Translations under genes and position numbers: made by a program | Part shown: positions 16,891 to 27,874 of the stretch, one piece after another | Position numbering within the stretch: the stretch's first letter is position 1 | Layout: the number at the start of each line of letters is the position of its first letter | Assembly: GCA_040005935.1 (NCBI GenBank) | Contig: JBDTXZ010000001.1 | Location: 1-28,082, forward strand | Length of the DNA stretch: 28,082 nt | Origin: a bacterium | GTDB taxonomy: Bacteria > Gemmatimonadota > Gemmatimonadetes > Gemmatimonadales > Gemmatimonadaceae | Reading direction: 5' to 3' | The notes under the pieces: model-generated | The model's input: the letters and a program-made list of their open reading frames with translations, nothing else | Told to the model about the DNA's origin: nothing | Database searches by the model: none

Positions 16891-17978
16891 TGAAGCCATC
16901 GGCCGTCCGCGTCTGCGTCGTTGCGCCATCGCTCGGCATCCTTGGCGGACAGGCCGTCCAGGCCCTTCGGCTCGTGGAGCACCTCAATCTCGGCAGCGCC
17001 GTCTCGGCCGACCTGTTGCCCGTGAATCCCGCCTTGCCCGGCCCCTTTGGCCTGCTTCAGAAGATCAAGTATGTGCGCACAGTGGTCACCGAGATCCGCT
17101 ACATCGCCTCGTTGCTCGCGAGGCTTCCGCGCTACGACGCAATTCACGTCTTCTCCGCGTCGTACTGGTCGTTCATGCTCGCGCCATTGCCCGCCATGCT
17201 CATCGGGCGTCTCTACGGAAAAAAGGTGATCCTCAACTACCACAGCGGCGAAGCGGAGGATCACCTCACGCGATGGCCATCCGCCGTGCGTCTCATGCAA
17301 CTCGCCGACGAGATCATCGTGCCCTCCGAATACCTCGTTGATGTGTTCGCGCAGTTCGGCATCCGCGCTCGCGCAGTCTTCAACTTCGTGGAAGTCGCGA
17401 ATATCCCCTATCGGCGACGCACGTCCCTCGCCCCACGGTTTCTCTCCAACCGAAATCTCGAGGCGCTCTACAATGTCGCGCTCGTGCTTCGCGCCTTCGC
17501 CCAGGTCCAGGGCGAGTGCCCGGAGGCGGCGCTCGTCGTCGCCGGCTTTGGCAGCCAGCGCGCCATGCTGGAATCGCTCGCTCGCGAACTCGCCTTGCGC
17601 AACGTCGTCTTCATTGGCCGAGTGCCGTCGGACGAAATGGGGGCACAGTACGATGCGGCGGACATATTCCTGAATGGTTCGGACATCGACAACATGCCGC
17701 TCTCCATACTCGACGCCTTTGCCGCAGGCGTGCCCGTAGTGACGACCGACGCCGGTGGCATTCCGTACGTGGTTCGGAACAACGAGAACGGATTCCTCGT
17801 CTCACGAGGCGATCACACGGCCATGGCGCAGGCATGCCTTGACCTGCTTCGGGACGACGCGCTTGCCGTGCGCATAGCCGATAGTGCCCGCAAGGAATGC
17901 CTCGATCGCTATGCCTGGCCCGTCGTGGCCGAACAGTGGGAAGCGCTCTACGGCTCTCGGAGCGCGGCGCAGCGATGA
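16890..17978 (+). CDS. Glycosyltransferase family 4
   Basis: HVFSASY, LNYHSGEA, FLSNRNLE, DNMPLSILDAFAAGVPVVTTDAGGIP; GAGGA SD before the GTG. Confidence 0.9.
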   Translation: MKPSAVRVCVVAPSLGILGGQAVQALRLVEHLNLGSAVSADLLPVNPALPGPFGLLQKIKYVRTVVTEIRYIASLLARLPRYDAIHVFSASYWSFMLAPLPAMLIGRLYGKKVILNYHSGEAEDHLTRWPSAVRLMQLADEIIVPSEYLVDVFAQFGIRARAVFNFVEVANIPYRRRTSLAPRFLSNRNLEALYNVALVLRAFAQVQGECPEAALVVAGFGSQRAMLESLARELALRNVVFIGRVPSDEMGAQYDAADIFLNGSDIDNMPLSILDAFAAGVPVVTTDAGGIPYVVRNNENGFLVSRGDHTAMAQACLDLLRDDALAVRIADSARKECLDRYAWPVVAEQWEALYGSRSAAQR

Positions 17979-20377
17979 CGATGGTTGGAGAGTGGGGGGC
18001 AAGAGCGATCCTCAAACGGTTCGGCAAGCTTCGTGGGCGGTCGCTCGCCGAACTTCGCGAACGACTGGGCCAGGCAGTCACCGCCGAGTTGGAAATCCGT
18101 CGACTCGCATCCACGGTGGGAGAGCTCTCCGATCGCGCATTCTGGTCCCGGTTCGATCCATATGCGCTAGGCCGCGAATCCCAGTCTGCCGAATCACTGC
18201 GCGCGCACTTCGCCAGTCGTACCTCCCCGGCCTTCTTCGCAGGGGTACGCGACGGGACATCTGCAGCCGAGTTGAACTCGCCTCGCTGGTCGGAGGAGCG
18301 CCTGGAGTTGCTCCTCGCCGCCGACAGGATTCTCGCCGGCACGTACGACCTCCTCGGCTACACCGATCTCTCGTTCGGCAACCCGATCGACTGGCATTTC
18401 GACCCCATCAGCAACGTCCGGTCGCCGCGGCAGCATTGGAGCCGGATCCCATACCTGAACGCCGACGTCGTCGGCGACCACAAGGTCATCTGGGAGATCA
18501 ATCGCCATCAGCACTTTTATGTACTCGGCCGCGCGTTTCAGGTGACCAAGCGCGCCGAGTATGCCGAGAGATTCGTGTTGGACCTGACGTCGTGGATGGA
18601 CGCGAATCCACCCAAACAGGGCGTGAATTGGGCAAGCACCCTCGAGGTCGCATACCGGGCGATTTCGTGGGTCTGGGCCATCGAATTGTTTCGCGAATCA
18701 CCGGCGCTCACACCCGCGATTCTTCAGCGTGCGCTCGGCTATCTGTATCTCCATGGTCGCCACGTCGAACGTTACCTGTCGACCTATTTCTCTCCGAACA
18801 CCCACCTGACCGGCGAAGCGCTCGGCCTGTTGTACCTCGGTACCATGCTCCCTGAGTTTCGCCGGGCCTCGATTTGGCGGACACTGGGTTGGTCCATTCT
18901 CGAGAGAGAATTGCAGCGGCAGGTGCTGGAAGACGGAGTCTATTTCGAGCAGGCGACGTACTATCACCGCTACACGGTCGACATCTACCTCCACGGCCTG
19001 ATCCTCGCCAAGGCGAATGGCGTCGCGATTCCTGCGGCCATGGAGGCGCGCCTTGCTTTGGCAGCTGCCCACTTGGCTGACCTGATGAGGCCTGACGGCA
19101 CGATCCCCGTCATCGGAGATGACGATGGGGGTCGGCTGGTCCAGCTCGAGGAGCAGAGTTTCACAAATGTCCGCGCCGCCCTCGGCACAGCGTCCGTAGT
19201 GCTCGGGAAGCCGGAACTGGCTGCCGTGGCCGGTAGGGCCACCGAGGAAGTTCTCTGGCTGTTGGGTTCAGCCGGCGCGCAGACAGTCGACGCGGCTGGT
19301 GTTGGCTCGCCTCCAGCGCATCAGTCTGTCCTTTCGCCAGTTGGTGGCTATGCCATCATGCGTGATGGATGGGGCGCCGCCGCCAACCACGCCATCATCG
19401 ACTGTGGGCCACTGGGCGCAATGAACTGCGGGCACGCGCATTCGGACGCATTGTCGATTGAAATTACGGTTGCCGGATGTCCCATGATCGTGGACCCAGG
19501 CACGTTCACCTATACCAGCTCGGCCGTCGACCGCGACGCCTTCCGCCACTCGGCAGCGCACAATAGCGTCACCGTGGACGGGCAGTCGAGCTCCGTGTCG
19601 GCCGGGCCGTTCTCGTGGGGTTTCCGAGCCGATGCTCAGGCGAACGAGTGGTGGGCGGGAACGCTTGTCGACCGCTTGGTGGGAAGCCACCCCGGTTTCC
19701 AGCGTCTGCCAGCGTCCGCGATCCATCACCGAGAGGTTCTTTTCGTTCGGGGACAGTACTGGGTCATCATCGATACAGTTCTGAGCATAGGAAAACACGA
19801 GGCGGTGGCACACTTTCACACGGCCCTGGGATCGTCGATTGCGCCACTGTCGCCGTCCAGTGCGTGGATCGAAACACCGTGCGCCTCAGGCCGCCGTCGG
19901 CTATTTTTCGCTGTTCTAGGGGACGCCGTCACGCTTGATTGGGGGTTGGACTGGGTCTCCCCGGCGTATGGCAGTCGGCAACAGGCGCCGCTCGGCCGAG
20001 TTGTGAGTCGAGGCGCCGGTCGTCGAGACATTGTGAGTGTGCTGGTGCCCGCAAGCGATGGTCAGTCGGTGTCCGTCGCCGAAGTGCCCGCCAAAGCGGG
20101 ACGCGCACTACTCATCGATCGTCCTGATACGCATGACCTCATTCTCTTCGGAGCGGAGGGCGGCGTCAGTGTGGGACAGATGGAGGTTACGGCAAGCACT
20201 GCGTTCGTACGGCGTGGTTCGCCGAAGGGCAAGATCGAGGCGATGGCTCTGTTCGGCGGGAGCGCCGGGCTTGTCGCCGGCCCGCTCGAATTTCGGGTGA
20301 CGACGGGTGCGGAAGCCGTGCGCGGTACGAATGGTTGGTCGATTACGGGCGATGGCCAAGTGAACGAACGCTCGTGA
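17975..20377 (+). CDS. Heparinase II/III family polysaccharide-lyase-like protein
   Basis: KVIWEINRHQH, NTHLTGEALGL, EQATYYHRY, GDDDGG, GHAHSDALS, DPGTFTY, AHNSVTVDG. ATG 17975 overlaps the GT4 stop (ATGA); 800 aa. Confidence 0.9.
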   Translation: MTMVGEWGARAILKRFGKLRGRSLAELRERLGQAVTAELEIRRLASTVGELSDRAFWSRFDPYALGRESQSAESLRAHFASRTSPAFFAGVRDGTSAAELNSPRWSEERLELLLAADRILAGTYDLLGYTDLSFGNPIDWHFDPISNVRSPRQHWSRIPYLNADVVGDHKVIWEINRHQHFYVLGRAFQVTKRAEYAERFVLDLTSWMDANPPKQGVNWASTLEVAYRAISWVWAIELFRESPALTPAILQRALGYLYLHGRHVERYLSTYFSPNTHLTGEALGLLYLGTMLPEFRRASIWRTLGWSILERELQRQVLEDGVYFEQATYYHRYTVDIYLHGLILAKANGVAIPAAMEARLALAAAHLADLMRPDGTIPVIGDDDGGRLVQLEEQSFTNVRAALGTASVVLGKPELAAVAGRATEEVLWLLGSAGAQTVDAAGVGSPPAHQSVLSPVGGYAIMRDGWGAAANHAIIDCGPLGAMNCGHAHSDALSIEITVAGCPMIVDPGTFTYTSSAVDRDAFRHSAAHNSVTVDGQSSSVSAGPFSWGFRADAQANEWWAGTLVDRLVGSHPGFQRLPASAIHHREVLFVRGQYWVIIDTVLSIGKHEAVAHFHTALGSSIAPLSPSSAWIETPCASGRRRLFFAVLGDAVTLDWGLDWVSPAYGSRQQAPLGRVVSRGAGRRDIVSVLVPASDGQSVSVAEVPAKAGRALLIDRPDTHDLILFGAEGGVSVGQMEVTASTAFVRRGSPKGKIEAMALFGGSAGLVAGPLEFRVTTGAEAVRGTNGWSITGDGQVNERS

Positions 20378-20437
20378 TGCGGTGTGCGGTGACAGGCTGG
20401 CTGGAATCAAACATTACCAGATTCTCGAGGTTGTAGC

Positions 20438-22405
<1,968 letters not shown>

Positions 22406-22488
22406 TGTCGTCCTGAGCCGTAGGCGAAGGACCTGCACGCGCTGTTGCGCAGTGAAGGCGCGGGTCCTTCGCCGCGCTTCAGACGACA
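22406..22488. repeat. REP-like 83-nt imperfect palindrome (TGTC...GACA ends)
   Basis: TGTCGT (22406-22411) pairs with ACGACA (22483-22488). CTGAGC pairs with GCTTCAG with a bulge. GGCGAAGGACC (22423-22433) pairs perfectly with GGTCCTTCGCC (22463-22473). There is an inner CGCGC/GCGCG stem. Confidence 0.75.
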
Positions 22489-22521
22489 GATTCTCGCCAA
22501 TCGCCTTCTCTCACTTTAGAA

Positions 22522-23841
22522 ATGTCGAACTCCGTTAGCGTTTTTGGTCTAGGCTATGTGGGCTGCGTGAGCGCAGCGTGTCTCGCGCGCGAAGGACATA
22601 CCGTCGTTGGCGTAGACGTCAGCCGCAGCAAGGTGGACATGATCCAGCGCGGTATGGCGACGATCGTCGAGAACGGCATCGGCGAGCTCGTGTCCGAAAT
22701 GGTCACCGCGGGAACACTCACTGCCACGACCGATGTCGCCGACGCAGTGATGCGAACGGAGATTTCGCTCGTCTGCGTCGGCACCCCGAGTCAGGCAAAC
22801 GGCGGCCTCGACCTCACGTATGTGCGTCGCGTCGCCGCGGAGATTGGTGCGGCGCTCAAGAACAAGAGTGCGTGGCATGTCGTTGTCATTCGCAGCACCG
22901 TGTTGCCCGGTACCACGGCGGACATTGTCACGCCAATTCTCGAAGCGGAGTCGGGCAAGAAAGCTGGCGTGGATTTCGGTGTCTCGATGAATCCCGAATT
23001 CCTGCGCGAAGGCACGTCCATCAAGGATTTCGACGATCCGCCCTTCACCGTAATCGGCGCAGCAGACGACCGCACCGCGAAGACCGTCGGCTCACTCTAC
23101 CAGGGGCTCACGGCACCGGTGCGCGTCGTGCCGCTCGCTGTCGCCGAAATGGTCAAGTACGCGTGCAACAGCTTTCACGGGCTCAAGGTCGCCTTCGGCA
23201 ACGAAATCGGGAGCATCTGCAAGGCGCTCAACGTGGACAGCCACGAAGTCATGCGGATTTTCTGCGAAGACACAAAACTCAACATCGCTGCCACGTACCT
23301 TCGCCCGGGCTTTGCGTTCGGTGGCTCGTGCTTGCCGAAAGATCTTCGTGCACTGTCCTATCGCGCCCGGCAGCTCGACGTCGAGACACCGGTGCTCGCC
23401 GCCGCGCTCTCGAGCAACGAGAAGCAGATCTCGCGCGCCTTCGACATGGTTCGCGCCACGGGCTGTAAGCGTGTGGGCGTGCTCGGCCTCGCATTCAAGG
23501 CGGGCACCGATGATCTGCGCGAATCGCCAATCGTCACGCTCGTCGAGCGGTTGATCGGCAAGGGCATGCAGCTCGCGATTTATGATGGCCACGTCTCGCG
23601 CGCGAACCTCATTGGCGCCAACCGCGAATACATCGAGAACGAGATTCCGCACATCTGGTCGTTGATGCGCGACTCCGTGGAGGAGGTCGTCGAGTTCGGC
23701 GACGTCGTCGTGATCGGGAACGGCACCAAGGAGTTCCGCGACATTCAGCCGACACTGCGCGATGGCCAGATGGTCGTCGATCTGGTGCGTGCGTTTGGGT
23801 CGCGCGCATCGCAGGGATTGTATCAGGGCATTGCTTGGTAG
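22522..23841 (+). CDS. algD: GDP-mannose 6-dehydrogenase (AlgD-like) / UDP-glucose dehydrogenase family
   Basis: VSVFGLGYVG, CVGTPS, RSTVLPGT, NPEFLREG, RPGFAFGGSCLPKD (catalytic Cys), FKAGTDDLRESP, IGANREYIENEIPHI. The last motif closely recalls Pseudomonas AlgD from memory; the substrate is unproven. Confidence 0.85.
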   Translation: MSNSVSVFGLGYVGCVSAACLAREGHTVVGVDVSRSKVDMIQRGMATIVENGIGELVSEMVTAGTLTATTDVADAVMRTEISLVCVGTPSQANGGLDLTYVRRVAAEIGAALKNKSAWHVVVIRSTVLPGTTADIVTPILEAESGKKAGVDFGVSMNPEFLREGTSIKDFDDPPFTVIGAADDRTAKTVGSLYQGLTAPVRVVPLAVAEMVKYACNSFHGLKVAFGNEIGSICKALNVDSHEVMRIFCEDTKLNIAATYLRPGFAFGGSCLPKDLRALSYRARQLDVETPVLAAALSSNEKQISRAFDMVRATGCKRVGVLGLAFKAGTDDLRESPIVTLVERLIGKGMQLAIYDGHVSRANLIGANREYIENEIPHIWSLMRDSVEEVVEFGDVVVIGNGTKEFRDIQPTLRDGQMVVDLVRAFGSRASQGLYQGIAW

Positions 23842-23843
23842 CG

Positions 23844-25073
23844 ATGCGCATTCTCTGGGTCAAAGCGGGAAAGATCCTTCCGGTCGATACCGGGGGGCGA
23901 ATCCGTTCGTACAACATCCTTCGTCACCTCGCGGCGCGGAACGACACGGTCTTTCTCTCCTATTACCCGGGCGCGCGCGACGAAGAATACGAACGCGAGC
24001 TGGGCGAAGTCTTTCCCGGCGCGATCACGTTTCCGGCCGGGGCACCACATGGCCTGGCCGCGCAGATGCTGCATTACGCACTTCGTGTCCCACGCGGCGC
24101 GCCATACGCCGTGTCGAAATTCACGTCGTCGTCGGTGCAGCGATCCGTGCTCGACATCATCGGCGATTTTCATCCGGACGTCGCAGTGTGCGATTTCCTC
24201 TCGGCATCGCTCAACTTCCCCGATCCGCTCCCAATTCCCTCCGTGCTCTTTCAGCACAACGTCGAACACGCGCTGTGGGATCGGCAAGCAAGGCATGAAG
24301 CCAATCCGGCAAAGAGGGTGGTCTACACGATGGAAGCGGCGAAAATGCGCCGCTACGAACGAGCCACTGTGGCGCGCTTTCATCACGTCGTCGCTGTTTC
24401 GGAGAATGATCGTTCACTGATGTCCGTGATGACGGACCCATCGCATCTCACCGTCGTTCCAACGGGAGTGGACGTCGCGGCATACAAGTCGGACGCCGAT
24501 AGCGGACACGATCACAGTGTGATGTTCCTCGGCTCCATGGATTGGCCCGCGAACATCGACGGCGTCGAGTTCTTCTGCGAGGCGATCTGGCCGCGCATCA
24601 TCGCTGCCGTGCCCGACGCAACATTTCACGTCGTCGGTCGCAATCCCCCGCGTCGAATCACTCGTCTCGCATCGGAGTCGGTGAAGATCGTGGGCGGTGT
24701 GAAGTCGGTCATCCCACATTTGCGCGAATCGCCGGTGTTCGTTGTACCACTCCGTATTGGTGGTGGCACACGACTCAAGATCTACGAGGCAATGGCGGCC
24801 GAACGCGCCATCGTCTCAACCACTGTCGGCGCTGAAGGCCTCGACTATCGCGAAGGTACCGACCTGCTGCTCGCTGACGACGCGACCGCGTTTGCCGACA
24901 ACGTCATCGCGCTGCTCCGCGATCCCGTTCGTCGTCGCGCGCTCGGCAGTGCTGCTGGTGAAACGGCCGCGCGGTTCGATTGGTCAGCCGTCTCGCTCGA
25001 ATTCGAAACCGTGTTGCGCCGAGCGATCGATGACTTTTCGTCGCGCGCCAGTCCGCTCCTCGCACCGGCCTGA
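23844..25073 (+). CDS. Glycosyltransferase family 4 (type often found in exosortase-linked EPS loci)
   Basis: MRILWV...P.DTGGRIRSYN, FQHNVE, FLGSMDWPANIDG, VVPLRIGGGTRLKIYEAMA. ATG 23844 lies 2 nt after the algD stop. Confidence 0.9.
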   Translation: MRILWVKAGKILPVDTGGRIRSYNILRHLAARNDTVFLSYYPGARDEEYERELGEVFPGAITFPAGAPHGLAAQMLHYALRVPRGAPYAVSKFTSSSVQRSVLDIIGDFHPDVAVCDFLSASLNFPDPLPIPSVLFQHNVEHALWDRQARHEANPAKRVVYTMEAAKMRRYERATVARFHHVVAVSENDRSLMSVMTDPSHLTVVPTGVDVAAYKSDADSGHDHSVMFLGSMDWPANIDGVEFFCEAIWPRIIAAVPDATFHVVGRNPPRRITRLASESVKIVGGVKSVIPHLRESPVFVVPLRIGGGTRLKIYEAMAAERAIVSTTVGAEGLDYREGTDLLLADDATAFADNVIALLRDPVRRRALGSAAGETAARFDWSAVSLEFETVLRRAIDDFSSRASPLLAPA

Positions 25074-25074
25074 C

Positions 25075-26298
25075 GTGCGCGCCATTATCCTGGACGGAAA
25101 CGAGAATCAATCCGTCGCCGCCACCAGGTCGCTCGCACGTGCCGGGTATCGAGTCACCGTCGGTTCAACTGAGTCCTGGTCCAAGGCGGGTTGGTCGCGG
25201 TCCGCCGCTGATTCATTCACCTATCCGTCGCCCGGATCGGATCCCGATGGGTTCGTCAAGCGAATCGCGCGCGAGCTCGAGCGCGGTGGGCCCGCCGTTG
25301 TATTGCCGATGACCGAGTCGTCGACGATTCCCGTCTCCCTCCATCGCGAAGAGATCGAAGCAGCAGGTGGAAAGATGTTGCTGCCGCCGCACGACGTACT
25401 GCTTCGCGTATTCGACAAGAGCGGGATGACAGAGCTCGCACGTTCGCTCGGCATTGCGGTTCCGCGCACGTGGGTGGTGGAGGCAGGCGCCGACGCCGCA
25501 ACGCTCGCAGGTGAGCTGCCTTATCCCGTCGTACTCAAGCCGAATGTGTCGCAGCAGCGAACGTCGTCTGGTGGATCTGCGCCGACCGGCGCTCCTGCGT
25601 ACGCGACAAACGCGCAGCAGTTCGCCAACACGCTTGCTGAGCTCCGGGCGCGGTGCAGTTCGGTGCTCGTTCAGGAGTTCGTAGTCGGAACAGGAGCGGG
25701 ATACTTTGCACTTATGCGAAGTGGCGACCTGCGAGGTGAGTTCGCGCACCGTCGTATTCGCGACGTACGTCCGACTGGTTCTGGCAGCGCGCTGCGCGAA
25801 AGTGTCACACCCACGCCGGCGATTCGCGACGCGTCGTTGAAGTTGTTGCGCGCCGTTGGATGGCACGGCGTCGCGATGGTCGAGTTCCGCTTGCGCCCCG
25901 ATGGTACTCCGGTGTTTCTCGAGGTGAACGGCCGATTCTGGAACTCCCTCGCTCTCGCGGTGCACGCGGGCGTCGACTTTCCCCTTGGCGTGGCAAAACT
26001 TGCCGAACATGGCGATGTCGAGCCGCTCGCGGCAGGTCGTCCCGGCGTGCGCTGTCGCTGGTTTCTGGGAGACGCGCGACATCTTGTCTCGGTGTGGCGC
26101 GGCGCGCCTGCTGGCTATCCCGCGGCCTTTCCCTCTCGCATCGGTACGACGCTCGCAGAACTCATCCCTTCGCTCGGCACGAAGCACGATAATTTTTCGC
26201 TCAGCGATCCGATGCCTGAGGTTGGAGACTGGCTGCACTTCTTCGGGCGCAAGCTGCCGCGCGCGCTCGCTGGAAAGCTCAAGGGAGGCGACGCGTGA
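25075..26298 (+). CDS. ATP-grasp carboxylate-amine ligase-like protein
   Basis: YPVVLKP, VLVQEFVVG, GVAMVEFR, FLEVNGRFW. Start moved from 24742 to GTG 25075, 1 nt after the GT4 stop; 407 aa. Confidence 0.85.
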   Translation: MRAIILDGNENQSVAATRSLARAGYRVTVGSTESWSKAGWSRSAADSFTYPSPGSDPDGFVKRIARELERGGPAVVLPMTESSTIPVSLHREEIEAAGGKMLLPPHDVLLRVFDKSGMTELARSLGIAVPRTWVVEAGADAATLAGELPYPVVLKPNVSQQRTSSGGSAPTGAPAYATNAQQFANTLAELRARCSSVLVQEFVVGTGAGYFALMRSGDLRGEFAHRRIRDVRPTGSGSALRESVTPTPAIRDASLKLLRAVGWHGVAMVEFRLRPDGTPVFLEVNGRFWNSLALAVHAGVDFPLGVAKLAEHGDVEPLAAGRPGVRCRWFLGDARHLVSVWRGAPAGYPAAFPSRIGTTLAELIPSLGTKHDNFSLSDPMPEVGDWLHFFGRKLPRALAGKLKGGDA

Positions 26299-27089
26299 TC
26301 AAGGCGGCGCTCCACGTGCACAGTACATACTCCGACGGCGAGTTCACGCTGTCGGAGTTACGAGAGAAGTTTCTTGCCGCGGGTTGCGCGCTTGTCGGCA
26401 TGGCCGATCACGCGGACGCGTTCGACGCAGAAAAGGTTCGTGATTACATCGACGAGTGCGCGCGTCTCTCCGACGACCGCTTGCGCTTCATGCCCGGACT
26501 GGAGTTCGGCTGCGTCCAGCGCATGCACATCGTCGGTTATGGTGTCACCGCACTCATCGACTCGACGGATCCCGCCACTGTGATCGCGCACATTCGCTCC
26601 GAGCGCGGGGTGGCCGTGATCGCGCATCCTCCCGCCGCACTCTTCGACCTCATCGAAAACCTGGAACTCCTGCCCGATGGCATCGAGGGGTGGAATTCGA
26701 AGTACGATGGCCGTTATGCGCCGCGACCCGAAACGTTCGAACTCATCGGCCGCCTCCAGGTTCGACGGCCGCCATTGCGCGCCTTTTACGGACAGGACCT
26801 GCACTGGCGCAAGCAATACGCAGGTCTGTTCAACCTTGTCGACGTTCCTGCTGCCGAGCAGACTATGGTGCTCGATGCGCTTCGGCAGGGCGCGTTCGAG
26901 GGTGGTACGGAGACTGTTCGGCTACCATCGGATGGACGCCTTTCACCTGGCCTCATCGAGAAGTTCGCCCTCATCAACGCGCGATCGCAGCGATTCCGGA
27001 ATGCCGTACGCTCGGTCAAGAAACTCATGGGCGGCGCGTTCAAGCTTCTCCCCACGTCGGCAAAGGCGCAGCTGAGGCGCTTCTTTTGA
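26295..27089 (+). CDS. PHP-domain metallo-phosphoesterase-like protein
   Basis: HVHSTYSDG, ADHAD, GLEF, HIVG, IAHP, GQDLH metal-ligand pattern; GTGA overlap with the ATP-grasp stop. Confidence 0.85.
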   Translation: MIKAALHVHSTYSDGEFTLSELREKFLAAGCALVGMADHADAFDAEKVRDYIDECARLSDDRLRFMPGLEFGCVQRMHIVGYGVTALIDSTDPATVIAHIRSERGVAVIAHPPAALFDLIENLELLPDGIEGWNSKYDGRYAPRPETFELIGRLQVRRPPLRAFYGQDLHWRKQYAGLFNLVDVPAAEQTMVLDALRQGAFEGGTETVRLPSDGRLSPGLIEKFALINARSQRFRNAVRSVKKLMGGAFKLLPTSAKAQLRRFF

Positions 27090-27874
27090 GCGCCGCGCTC
27101 GAGTCGACCGCGTTCCTCATGTACCACGAACTCGAACGCGCGGGTCGGCCGCTCTGCTCCACTGAGCCTGGGTACGTTCGGTACGTCGTCACGGAAGACG
27201 ACTTCCGCGCGCAGATGGATCATGTTGTCGCAACCGGTAAGCGCGGCTTGGGCGTGTCAGCGTGGCTGGACGCCGACGACGCTTCCGCGGCGCGAACAGT
27301 CGTCCTCACCTTTGACGACGGCTGCGAAACGGATCTCATCGCGGCCGCGCCACTGCTCGAGGAGCGCGGGTTCGGTGCGACGTGCTACCTCACCGTGAAT
27401 TTTCTCGATCGTCGCGGCTATCTCACTCGCGCACAGGTGCGCGAACTCGCCGCAGCAGGCATCGAAGTCGGCTGCCACTCGATGTCGCACGCGTACCTGA
27501 GCGACCTCGACGACGTCGCGTTGCATCGCGAAATCGTGCAGTCCAAGCACGAGCTCGAGTCGATCTCCGGCGTCGCGATCCGATCCTTTTCGTGCCCGGG
27601 CGGCCGCTATGACGATCGCGTTCTACCCATGGCTCGGGCGGCGGGCTACGACAGCGTGACGACGAGCAAGGCCGTGTGGAATGTGCACACACACCCCGCG
27701 GACCTCCTCGGCCGCATCGCGATCTTGCAGGACACGAGCATGGAGCGCTTCGTCGCCACCCTGAGCGGCCGTGATATTGGCGCGCGAAAGCTGCGCGACT
27801 CGGCGCTCACGGCCGCGAAATCCATACTCGGCAACTCACTGTACGAGAAGCTTCGCAAGACCGTGCTCGGCTAG
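27086..27874 (+). CDS. Polysaccharide deacetylase (CE4/NodB-like)
   Basis: FLMYHEL, VVLTFDDG, EVGCHSMSH, FSCPGG, GRIAI. TTG 27086 overlaps the PHP stop (TTGA); 262 aa. Confidence 0.88.
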   Translation: MSAALESTAFLMYHELERAGRPLCSTEPGYVRYVVTEDDFRAQMDHVVATGKRGLGVSAWLDADDASAARTVVLTFDDGCETDLIAAAPLLEERGFGATCYLTVNFLDRRGYLTRAQVRELAAAGIEVGCHSMSHAYLSDLDDVALHREIVQSKHELESISGVAIRSFSCPGGRYDDRVLPMARAAGYDSVTTSKAVWNVHTHPADLLGRIAILQDTSMERFVATLSGRDIGARKLRDSALTAAKSILGNSLYEKLRKTVLG

